DNA of 41,879 nucleotides from Eubacteriales bacterium (GTDB lineage: Bacteria > Bacillota > Clostridia > Oscillospirales > CAG-272), in assembly GCA_045531105.1 (NCBI GenBank), contig JAZSDJ010000058.1, positions 1-41,879 of the forward strand. The letters run 5' to 3'. Positions 24,083 through 30,790 of the stretch are shown one piece after another (positions within the stretch are counted from its first letter, which is position 1; each line of letters begins with the position of its first letter). The notes below the pieces were generated by a model. That model searched no databases and had not been told where the DNA came from. It was given only the letters and a program-made list of their open reading frames with translations. The position numbers and the translations under genes are program-made.

Positions 24083-24441
24083 AAGATTCGGGCAACAGAA
24101 GAACATTTGAAACAGGCGCACAAAGAGATTGTGCAGAGGGGCGTGGTCGTATGGATCTTCTTCCTTGGGCGGCAATTATGGAAGTTTCCAAGCATTGTGA
24201 GAACGGAGCGAAAAAGTACGGCGAACACAATGTGGACAAGGGAATACCAACATCGAGCCTTTGCGATAGCGCGGCGAGACACCTTGCGAAATACCTTGAT
24301 GGATGGGATGACGAGCCGCATCTATTGGCGGCGGCGTGGAATTTGCTGTGGGCGTTAGAAATGGAAATTAAGCACCCCGAATTGGTAAATACGCCGTGGA
24401 TGAAGAATGGGAGGAACAACGATGCAAGTGAGATTGATTAA
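24073..24441 (+). CDS. dNTP (dATP/dGTP-type) pyrophosphohydrolase-like protein (DUF5664 / dGTP_diPhyd_N-like)
   Basis: KDSGNRRTFETGAQRDCAEGRGRMDLLPW...ENGAKKYGEHNVDKGIP...DSAARHLAKYL...DEPHLLAAAWNLLWALE. Confidence 0.6.
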   Translation: MEIKDSGNRRTFETGAQRDCAEGRGRMDLLPWAAIMEVSKHCENGAKKYGEHNVDKGIPTSSLCDSAARHLAKYLDGWDDEPHLLAAAWNLLWALEMEIKHPELVNTPWMKNGRNNDASEID

Positions 24442-24928
24442 ATATCCATCTGCCGAAGACTGGATGTTTGCCAAATGTTGCACATTAGTAACTGTCGGCA
24501 AAGAAGTGGCAAAAGAACCGACACAAGAATGGAAACACAAACTCCTTGAAGCAAGGCATAGCCCTATTCGCGTTTTGCAATTCGCGTTCGAATTAGAGTT
24601 GCCATATTGGGTGAGTGTTCATCTGTGTAGGCATATCCACGCGCAGCCGTTTGTCAAGTCGCAGAGGAATGACAGACAGAGCGATTATGACCGCACAAAA
24701 GCACCGCAAGACGAAACCGTTAAAATGATTTGGTATATGAATGCCGAAGAATTGATGATTATTGCAAACAAAAGGCTTTGCAAACAGGCGAGCAAAGAAA
24801 CAAGGCAGATTGTGAAAACGATGTGTAATAAAGTTCTCGATGTTTGCCCCGAATTTGACGGCTTGCTCGTTCCGATGTGCCAATATCACGGCGGCAAGTG
24901 CCACGAAATTTTTCCTTGCAAATCCTAA
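24422..24928 (+). CDS. ThyX-like (flavin-dependent thymidylate synthase fold) protein, divergent and short
   Basis: ARHSPIRVLQFAFELE...SVHLCRHIHAQPFVKSQRNDRQS...KRLCKQASKETRQIV parallels ThyX (H.SP.EH..FtF.i.g.SR....QL.RHR..S..Q.SQRY...R.C..AQ.EIR). The RHR..S motif is altered. ATG 24422 after GGGAGG. Confidence 0.5.
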   Translation: MQVRLIKYPSAEDWMFAKCCTLVTVGKEVAKEPTQEWKHKLLEARHSPIRVLQFAFELELPYWVSVHLCRHIHAQPFVKSQRNDRQSDYDRTKAPQDETVKMIWYMNAEELMIIANKRLCKQASKETRQIVKTMCNKVLDVCPEFDGLLVPMCQYHGGKCHEIFPCKS

Positions 24929-24935
24929 AATTCTA

Positions 24936-24964
24936 TTGACAAACACGGCGTGATGTAGTATAAT
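24936..24964 (+). promoter_or_regulatory. sigma70-type promoter (primase operon)
   Basis: TTGACA 24936-24941, 17 nt, TATAAT 24959-24964. Confidence 0.75.
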
Positions 24965-24970
24965 TTATAT

Positions 24971-25092
24971 AGTCGATGATGTTTGGCAGAGCATTGTCGC
25001 TCAAGTGAATATCGTTGACTATCGGGCATCCTTACTGAGCGAACTGCCATTCGCAAGGTTGGGGTGCTTATTTTATAACAAGAGGTATAAAT
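24971..25092 (+). promoter_or_regulatory. structured 5' leader of the primase operon
   Basis: TGGCAG 24984-24989 pairs with CTGCCA 25044-25049. TCGCTCA 24997-25003 pairs with TGAGCGA 25036-25042. Confidence 0.4.
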
Positions 25093-25629
25093 ATGATGCT
25101 TGATGCTGTGCAAATAATTAAATCACAAATAACAATGAGTGATATGTTGGCAAAATATGGATTACCTGTAAAGCATAGAATCCCCTGCCCCTTGCATTGT
25201 GGCAAGGATGACAATTTTGAAATCAAAAGCAACCATTGGCGGTGCTATTCTCGGTGCGGAAGTGGAGACACAATATCTTTTGTGCAAAAATTTTTCGGCT
25301 TGTCTTTCCAAGATGCTTTGAAAAAGATTGATGCAGATTTCGGGCTGAATATTTATGGAGACCATTCGCTACAAGAATTAAGAAGTGCCTATTATATGCA
25401 ACAGGCTATACAGGCAAAGAGGGAACGAGAAAAACGGGAAAAGCAAAAAGCGGATGATGAATATTGGACGGCGTTTGATGAATGGAAGCGACTCGATGAT
25501 AACCGCAGGATTTATAGACCGAAATTACCCGATGGAGAACTGCATCCGCTTTTTGTGGAGAGTTTGCAAAAATTAGATTATCAAAAATATGTCCTTGATT
25601 GTTTGGATGAAAGGAGGATGTCACTATGA
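25093..25629 (+). CDS. CHC2 zinc-finger (DnaG-primase-type) protein
   Basis: IPCPLHCGKDDNFEIKSNHWRCYSRCGSGDTISFVQKFFG. Confidence 0.7.
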   Translation: MMLDAVQIIKSQITMSDMLAKYGLPVKHRIPCPLHCGKDDNFEIKSNHWRCYSRCGSGDTISFVQKFFGLSFQDALKKIDADFGLNIYGDHSLQELRSAYYMQQAIQAKREREKREKQKADDEYWTAFDEWKRLDDNRRIYRPKLPDGELHPLFVESLQKLDYQKYVLDCLDERRMSL

Positions 25630-27092
25630 ACGAAGAAGCTATTGCTTGTATGGAAATATCGGACTTGTTAAGGTCAGAAAACGTCTATATGATACAGGCT
25701 CAACCGATAGAGGTTAGGGAACAGTTAAAGGCTTTGTATTTTGCGAGAATGCAAGAGTTAAAAGCTGACAAGGAACTCAAAGAGCAAGTCAAGCGAATGT
25801 TCAAAGCATTTGACACGGCGGAGCGTGAAATGGCTGACGCTTACACAAAAGAAAATGCAAAAAAGAACTCGGAAATTTGCCTTGCCTTTGATGGAAAAGG
25901 TCAGCCGTTGTCAACTATTGACAATTTTCTTTCAATTCTCCGAAATGACAAAGAGTTTGAAAGCCTGCGTTTTAATCAACTTTCTTATTCACCCGAGCAT
26001 ATCGTTGACGGCAAATTGGAGCGTTGGCAGGATAAAGACGATAGCCGAGCAAGGTTTTATATTGAACAAAAATATAAAATCCACAACCGAGAAAAACTTG
26101 ATGATGCCCTGCGTATTCTCTTTGCGGAGCGTGAGTATCACCCCATAAAGCAGATTATTGAGGCGGTACAATGGGATGGTGTGCCGAGAATAACCGAGTT
26201 GTTTATCAAGTGGCTTAAATGCGAGGACACGCCATATATCCGAGAAGTTACACGGCTTGTATTTGCAGGAGGCATTCATCGTCTTTACAATGCAGGGTGC
26301 AAGTTCGATGATGTTGCCGTTCTGATTGGTACAAAGCAGGGCGAGGGAAAATCAACCTTTGCTCGTTGGCTTGCAATTAAGGATGAATTTTTCACAGAGG
26401 TTACGGAAATCGAAGGACAAAAAGGAATCGAGGCGATTGAGGGCGCGTGGGTGTGTGAGATTGCCGAGCTTTTGGCAGTTACAAAGTCAAAAGAGGTTGA
26501 GGCGGTTAAGTCATACATTACAAAACTCGTTGACCGTTACCGCAGACCCTTTGACCGCAGAACAACAGACCACAAAAGACAATGCGTTTTTATCGGTACA
26601 ACAAACAAAGAGCAGTTTTTGACCGACAAGACAGGAAACCGCCGTTGGTATCCTGTAAAGGTAAATTCAAGCGGTTATGATTTGCACGACCACAAAGAAG
26701 AAATCCAATCGGACATTTTGCAAGCGTGGGCAGAGGCTAAATATCTGTATGATAAAGGCGAGTTACAACCTTATGCGGACAGAAATCTTCTCGCAGAGAT
26801 AAGAGAACGGCAAGAAATGGCGGTTGAGGATGATTACCGTGTAGGAATGGTGACGGAATATGTATCAAGAAAAGACAAAGTCTGCATCCTTGAATTGTGG
26901 AAATATGCCCTCGACAACGAATGGAGCAAACCGACACGCCGAGAAAGCAACGAATTGACCTTGATTTTGCAGAGCATCGGTGGGTGGGAGCGAGGAAAGA
27001 TTGAGCGACATTCCGAGTTCGGAAATCAAATGTTTTGGGTAAAGAAAACGCCGAAGAAATTACCGCCGATTGATGATGATTTGCCCCTGTAA
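25626..27092 (+). CDS. VirE-family primase/helicase-like P-loop protein
   Basis: Walker A LIGTKQGEGKST. FIGTTN...TGNRRWYPVKV is typical of the virulence-associated protein E family. ATGA coupling to the zinc-finger gene. Confidence 0.7.
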   Translation: MNEEAIACMEISDLLRSENVYMIQAQPIEVREQLKALYFARMQELKADKELKEQVKRMFKAFDTAEREMADAYTKENAKKNSEICLAFDGKGQPLSTIDNFLSILRNDKEFESLRFNQLSYSPEHIVDGKLERWQDKDDSRARFYIEQKYKIHNREKLDDALRILFAEREYHPIKQIIEAVQWDGVPRITELFIKWLKCEDTPYIREVTRLVFAGGIHRLYNAGCKFDDVAVLIGTKQGEGKSTFARWLAIKDEFFTEVTEIEGQKGIEAIEGAWVCEIAELLAVTKSKEVEAVKSYITKLVDRYRRPFDRRTTDHKRQCVFIGTTNKEQFLTDKTGNRRWYPVKVNSSGYDLHDHKEEIQSDILQAWAEAKYLYDKGELQPYADRNLLAEIRERQEMAVEDDYRVGMVTEYVSRKDKVCILELWKYALDNEWSKPTRRESNELTLILQSIGGWERGKIERHSEFGNQMFWVKKTPKKLPPIDDDLPL

Positions 27093-27095
27093 AAT

Positions 27096-27342
27096 GTTAT
27101 TTACAAGGCTATTTACAGTTATTTACACAGTTATTTACACCCAAAAACCCTTATAAATAAAGGATTTTTTCAAATTTTGTAAACAGTAAATAATAAAATA
27201 AGCAAAAACTTTTACAAAAGCAATTTTACAATATATATTTTTTACTTATAGGGAAAATTGTTTAAGTTATTTACAAATTACATGGAAACCCTTGTAGCAT
27301 AAGGCTTTTGGGCGTAAATAGCGAAAAATTGAAGTTATTTAC
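27096..27342 (+). repeat. iteron array and inverted repeat, copy B (origin-like)
   Basis: G(T/C)TATTTAC at 27096, 27108, 27118 and 27130 (spacing 12/10/12). GTAAACA/GTAAATA at 27179-27192. GTTATTTAC at 27266-27274. Inverted pair GTAAATAGC 27314-27322 / GTTATTTAC 27334-27342 with an 11-nt spacer. Confidence 0.8.
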
Positions 27343-27390
27343 AAAAACAAAAAAATCTCAAAAATATTTCAAAAACTTTTCAAAAACTTA

Positions 27391-27419
27391 TTGACATTTT
27401 GATTTTTATGTGTTATAAT
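27391..27419 (+). promoter_or_regulatory. sigma70-type promoter (early cassette B)
   Basis: TTGACA 27391-27396, 17 nt, TATAAT 27414-27419. Downstream TATAATATAATCACAG is shared with the promoter at 245. Confidence 0.8.
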
Positions 27420-27468
27420 ATAATCACAGTAAGGGGGGGACAACCCAAGAAAGAAAGAGGTATTTGAA

Positions 27469-27633
27469 ATGAAAACAAATGAATTTAAGACAGAACGAGA
27501 GAATTTAATTGAGGATTTAGAGTGGTACATAGGAGAACTTAAAAGGGTAACAAAGACGGCAAAAGAAGAAAATATAAGCGAAGAAGAAATTGTAAAGAAA
27601 ATCAAAAAGGCGATTACTGAAATTGTTAGATGA
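27469..27633 (+). CDS. hypothetical small helical protein (54 aa)
   Basis: ATG 27469 after AAGAGG. Same size and position as the ORF at 325-489. Below the ORF-track cutoff. Confidence 0.5.
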   Translation: MKTNEFKTERENLIEDLEWYIGELKRVTKTAKEENISEEEIVKKIKKAITEIVR

Positions 27634-27679
27634 ATCATAAAAGATGCGGCAAAACCGCCACGGAAAGTGAGAAAGAAAA

Positions 27680-27778
27680 ATGATAATGGGCAATTTATTG
27701 ATACATTCTTGGGTGGTCGCACTTCTTGGCATGGTTCTTGGAATGATTATAATGTATAGCATTTTAGGAGGAAAATAA
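27680..27778 (+). CDS. possible small membrane peptide (32 aa)
   Basis: MIMGNLLIHSWVVALLGMVLGMIIMYSILGGK. GAGAAAG upstream. Confidence 0.3.
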   Translation: MIMGNLLIHSWVVALLGMVLGMIIMYSILGGK

Positions 27779-27912
27779 TGGCTAAAGAACCTATTATAAA
27801 GATTATGGAAACAGCCGAGAAACTTGAAGCGACGAAAAAGAAAATTGAAGAACTAAAAAAGAAATACACGGAGGGAGAGGGGAAATATGATAGTATTAAG
27901 AAAGTGGACTAA
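27778..27912 (+). CDS. possible small coiled-coil protein (44 aa)
   Basis: TAATG coupling, AGGAGG upstream. Confidence 0.35.
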   Translation: MAKEPIIKIMETAEKLEATKKKIEELKKKYTEGEGKYDSIKKVD

Positions 27913-28014
27913 AACCAAATTTGACGGTTATCATTGGCGAGAAAAAAGATACAAGATGTATCTTTTGTTTGGGTTAATACCGCTATTTATATCAATCAAT
28001 GGATGAGGTGCGAG

Positions 28015-28317
28015 ATGAAAAAGTTCAAATTGTTTGCAAAAATATCAATGTGGTTGGCGATAGCGGCGTTTGTATTTGGCGGACTTTGGATGACCTGCGC
28101 TTGGTGGGATGTGCCGAGTGATATTGTGCTTGTACGCACGATAATCCTTTGTGTTTCGGTGTTCGGAATCAGCCTGTGTGCAATGTTTATTCTTGATGTG
28201 GCGATTGAAGCGAAAGAGTTGGATCGGGCGATGAACTTTCGCAAGTATGACACCTCCGATCGAAACGCTCGTTGTAAAGGATATATTGATTTAACCACAT
28301 CGAGGTTGAAGAAATGA
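28015..28317 (+). CDS. membrane protein (two TM segments)
   Basis: ISMWLAIAAFVFGGLWMTCAWW and IILCVSVFGISLCAMFILDV. ATG 28015 after GAGGTG, shorter than the track ORF. Confidence 0.5.
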   Translation: MKKFKLFAKISMWLAIAAFVFGGLWMTCAWWDVPSDIVLVRTIILCVSVFGISLCAMFILDVAIEAKELDRAMNFRKYDTSDRNARCKGYIDLTTSRLKK

Positions 28318-28493
28318 CATACAAACTTATATTCAAGCTGACAAAGTATAAAAGCGAAAAGCCGTTCTCAACAGTTGTGGATTGTTCAGAGGATGAACTT
28401 GCGGGTGTAAAGGAAGAACGCGCGATGCACTTTGAGAAACTATATAAGACGCCCGTGCGGTGTGTCAAAGTGGAATTAATGAAGAGGAGGTAA
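28314..28493 (+). CDS. hypothetical small protein (59 aa)
   Basis: ATGA coupling. Below the ORF-track cutoff. Confidence 0.4.
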   Translation: MTYKLIFKLTKYKSEKPFSTVVDCSEDELAGVKEERAMHFEKLYKTPVRCVKVELMKRR

Positions 28494-28499
28494 TTGATT

Positions 28500-28919
28500 A
28501 TGACAGATAACGATATTATAAAGGTGTTGGAGCGTTGCAAAAATCCAAATTTAACTTGTCAAGGATGTCCTTTTGAAGGAGGAAACACTTGCTTATATTC
28601 CTTGAAAGCAAGTGCCCTCGACCTCATCAAACGCCAACAGGCAGAGATTGAGATGTTAAAGGCACAAAATGGTGTTTATGAAACTTGCATTGACCATAAA
28701 CAAAAATCAATAGAGAGCCTTGAAATTGAATTAAAGGCTGTGCGAGGAGTGGCGAACTCTTACAAGCTCCACTACGGCAATCTGAAGATGGAGATAGCAC
28801 GCGAGGTTTGCGATAGGTTGAAAGCGAAGGGAAATAAAAGAAATTGGATAATAGGCATAATGCCAGAGGAAATCGACAGCCTTATTAAAGAAATGGAGAG
28901 TGAAAATGAATCCCATTGA
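28500..28919 (+). CDS. hypothetical protein with Cys motif and coiled coil
   Basis: LERCKNPNLTCQGCPFEGGNTCLY followed by a coiled coil. AGGAGG upstream. Confidence 0.5.
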   Translation: MTDNDIIKVLERCKNPNLTCQGCPFEGGNTCLYSLKASALDLIKRQQAEIEMLKAQNGVYETCIDHKQKSIESLEIELKAVRGVANSYKLHYGNLKMEIAREVCDRLKAKGNKRNWIIGIMPEEIDSLIKEMESENESH

Positions 28920-29151
28920 CAGAAGCGTGTTTTTACAGATGTGCCAAAGATGCGTGTTTGAATTATCTCGTCAAGACAAAAGCGATGTTTTTGTACTACA
29001 CGGCGGAGTGTTATATCACCCAATATCGTATTCGTTAGGATTTGATCCGAACGGAAATCCATTACACAAAGCGGTGTTGAAAGATTTAAAGGCAAACAGC
29101 CTCGTGGAGTGCCCGTTGTCCGATGTTTTTGAAAATTCTACAAAGGAATAA
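28906..29151 (+). CDS. hypothetical protein
   Basis: ORF in the track. ATG 28906 after GGAGAG. Confidence 0.45.
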   Translation: MNPIDRSVFLQMCQRCVFELSRQDKSDVFVLHGGVLYHPISYSLGFDPNGNPLHKAVLKDLKANSLVECPLSDVFENSTKE

Positions 29152-29159
29152 CATTGAAC

Positions 29160-29188
29160 TTGACAAAAGACAATATATGGTATATAAT
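29160..29188 (+). promoter_or_regulatory. sigma70-type promoter (tRNA/endolysin operon)
   Basis: TTGACA 29160-29165, 17 nt, TATAAT 29183-29188. Confidence 0.75.
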
Positions 29189-29224
29189 AAAGTAGACATG
29201 CATATACATTGCTCTGCAAAATGA

Positions 29225-29297
29225 TGCGGAGTCGCCAAGGGGTTAAGGCGTTAGACTTTGACTCTAACATTCGCAAGTTCGAATCTTGCCTCCGCAG
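29225..29297 (+). tRNA. tRNA-Gln (UUG)
   Basis: Manual cloverleaf: acceptor TGCGGAG/CTCCGCA (U1-A72), D arm GCC..GGC, anticodon stem TTAGA/TCTAA with loop CTTTGAC, T arm GCAAG-TTCGAAT-CTTGC, G73. Closely parallels E. coli tRNA-Gln. Confidence 0.85.
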
Positions 29298-29361
29298 GGG
29301 CAGAGCGATGGTGATGTCTCCTCCTTTCTTAAAGATTTGGCGGCTCGGAAAGACGAGAAGT

Positions 29362-29405
29362 GCCGACAGGGTGAAATTTAGACTTGTCGGCGCGAAATTT
29401 ATTTT
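29362..29405 (+). promoter_or_regulatory. hairpin with U-rich tail between tRNA-Gln and the endolysin gene (attenuator or processing site?)
   Basis: GCCGACA 29362-29368 pairs with TGTCGGC 29385-29391 (16-nt loop), then GCGAAATTTATTTT. Confidence 0.35.
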
Positions 29406-29421
29406 GAGGGAGCACAATAAT

Positions 29422-30066
29422 ATGACATCCCCTTTTTTCGGTGGCGAGTTCCGTTTAACCAGTAAATATGGCTATCGCCATTTAAATGGGCAAAATCAGT
29501 TCCATGGCGGGATTGACTTGGTAGGCACTTCTTCTAAGCAAATTTGCGCCGTAGCATCTGGCATTGTTGTTGTTTCTCAAATTGTGTCCGACAAGAGCAA
29601 CAGAACGTGGGAGTGGGGCAATTATATTGCTGTCGCGGGGGATGATGGGAACATTGTCTATTATTGCCATATGGCGGATAGAATTGCAAAAGTGGGCGAA
29701 AGAGTAAGCGTGGGAGACATCATTGGTGTCGAGGGCAATACGGGGTATTCTTTCGGGTCACATCTGCATCTTGAAGTGAGAAAAGATAATGTTGCTATAA
29801 ACGCCGCAGATTATATCGGAATCCCAAATGAGGTAGGGATTTACAAGGTTGAAGAAAAAAGCCTCGAGAAACGAGTGGAAACTCTTGAGCAAAGCGTGGG
29901 GGAAATATACAACGACCTTTCGGATGTACCCGAATGGGCAAAGCCTACGATTGACAAGCTAATTCGCTCGGAAGTTCTCAAAGGGGATGAAAACGGAAAG
30001 CTCGCTCTGTCTTATCAAATGATACGAATGTTAGTTGTGCTTGATAGATCGGGCGTATTTAAATAA
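29422..30066 (+). CDS. M23 metallopeptidase endolysin with SLH-like C-terminal domain
   Basis: HGGIDLVG (HxxxD) and GSHLHLEV (HxH). C-terminus VPEWAKPTIDKLIRSEVLKGDENGKL...MLVVLDRSGVF. ATG 29422 after GAGGGAG. The upstream part of the track ORF overlaps tRNA-Gln. Confidence 0.8.
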   Translation: MTSPFFGGEFRLTSKYGYRHLNGQNQFHGGIDLVGTSSKQICAVASGIVVVSQIVSDKSNRTWEWGNYIAVAGDDGNIVYYCHMADRIAKVGERVSVGDIIGVEGNTGYSFGSHLHLEVRKDNVAINAADYIGIPNEVGIYKVEEKSLEKRVETLEQSVGEIYNDLSDVPEWAKPTIDKLIRSEVLKGDENGKLALSYQMIRMLVVLDRSGVFK

Positions 30067-30068
30067 AT

Positions 30069-30143
30069 GGTGCTATCGCCAAGCGGTAAGGCAAGGCTCT
30101 GCAAAAGCCTTATTCCCAAGTTCAAATCTTGGTAGCACCTCCA
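30069..30143 (+). tRNA. tRNA-Cys (GCA), CCA encoded
   Basis: Acceptor GGTGCTA/TAGCACC, anticodon stem AGGCT/AGCCT with loop CTGCAAA, T arm CCAAG-TTCAAAT-CTTGG, U73 plus CCA. Confidence 0.85.
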
Positions 30144-30145
30144 AT

Positions 30146-30229
30146 GAGGGCGTGGTGGAATTGGCAGACACATCGGGTTTAAGCCCCGATGGATTATCCG
30201 TAAGAGTTCAAGTCTCTTTGCCCTCACCA
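30146..30229 (+). tRNA. tRNA-Leu (UAA), CCA encoded
   Basis: Acceptor GAGGGCG/TGCCCTC, D region TGGTGGAATTGGCAGACAC, anticodon loop TTTAAGC, long variable arm, T arm AAGAG-TTCAAGT-CTCTT, A73 plus CCA. Confidence 0.85.
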
Positions 30230-30233
30230 ATAT

Positions 30234-30317
30234 GTCAGCGTGTCGGAATTGGCAGACGAGGCGGTCTCAAAAACCGTTGCTTTATGCGTGTGAGTTCAAG
30301 TCTCACCGTTGACACCA
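30234..30317 (+). tRNA. tRNA-Leu (CAA), CCA encoded
   Basis: Acceptor GTCAGCG/CGTTGAC, anticodon loop CTCAAAA, long variable arm, T arm GTGAG-TTCAAGT-CTCAC, A73 plus CCA. Confidence 0.85.
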
Positions 30318-30361
30318 AATTTGATTATAAAAGGAGTTGATACAATATGCTAACCAAACAC

Positions 30362-30386
30362 AGCCGATTGTGTCGGCTCTTTTGTG
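30362..30386 (+). terminator. intrinsic terminator after the tRNA cluster
   Basis: AGCCGA 30362-30367 pairs with TCGGCT 30373-30378, then CTTTTGTG. Confidence 0.55.
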
Positions 30387-30403
30387 CATAATGGGGTGAA
30401 CTT

Positions 30404-30790
30404 ATGGCGAAAGGATTGACAGATAAGCAAAAGATATTTGTCTACGAATACCTCATTGACTTTAACGCGACACAGGCGGCTATAAGGGCAGGATATAGCA
30501 AAGATACCGCAGGAGCGATAGGTGCTGAAAACCTTAAAAAACCTCAAATTCAACAATTTTTAGAGAAGTATCAAAATGACCGTTCTGAAAAGTGCGGTAT
30601 TAAGTTTGATATGATTGTTGAAGAATTGCGAAAGATAGGCTTTGCTGATATTGACCCCGAAGCCGTAAGACCGACAGACAAAATTAAGGCTTTGGAAACT
30701 ATGTCAAAATTGCTTGGTTTCTTTGAAAACGGAGCAGATGAAAACATAGAGGACATAAGCGAAGCGGAGGCTGATGTCTTTGGCGGTTAA
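30404..30790 (+). CDS. terS: terminase small subunit (Terminase_2-like)
   Basis: LTDKQKIFVYEYLIDFNATQAAIRAGYSKDTAGAIGAENLKKPQIQ. Confidence 0.85.
   Translation: MAKGLTDKQKIFVYEYLIDFNATQAAIRAGYSKDTAGAIGAENLKKPQIQQFLEKYQNDRSEKCGIKFDMIVEELRKIGFADIDPEAVRPTDKIKALETMSKLLGFFENGADENIEDISEAEADVFGG

Noticed and set aside
24073-24441. Z-genome (2-aminoadenine) pathway suggested by the dATP/dGTP pyrophosphohydrolase-like gene
   Set aside because: No PurZ-like adenylosuccinate-synthetase homologue or DatZ-like HD hydrolase is recognisable in any ORF.
27096-27342. Short repeats as a CRISPR array
   Set aside because: The repeats are only 9 nt long, spaced 10-12 nt apart, and occur in both orientations. 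This is iteron or operator architecture, not repeat-spacer.
29209-29421. N-terminal 71 codons of the track ORF 29209-30066
   Set aside because: This part overlaps a well-formed tRNA-Gln and a hairpin-containing spacer. A strong RBS (GAGGGAG) precedes the internal ATG at 29422, where the M23 domain begins.
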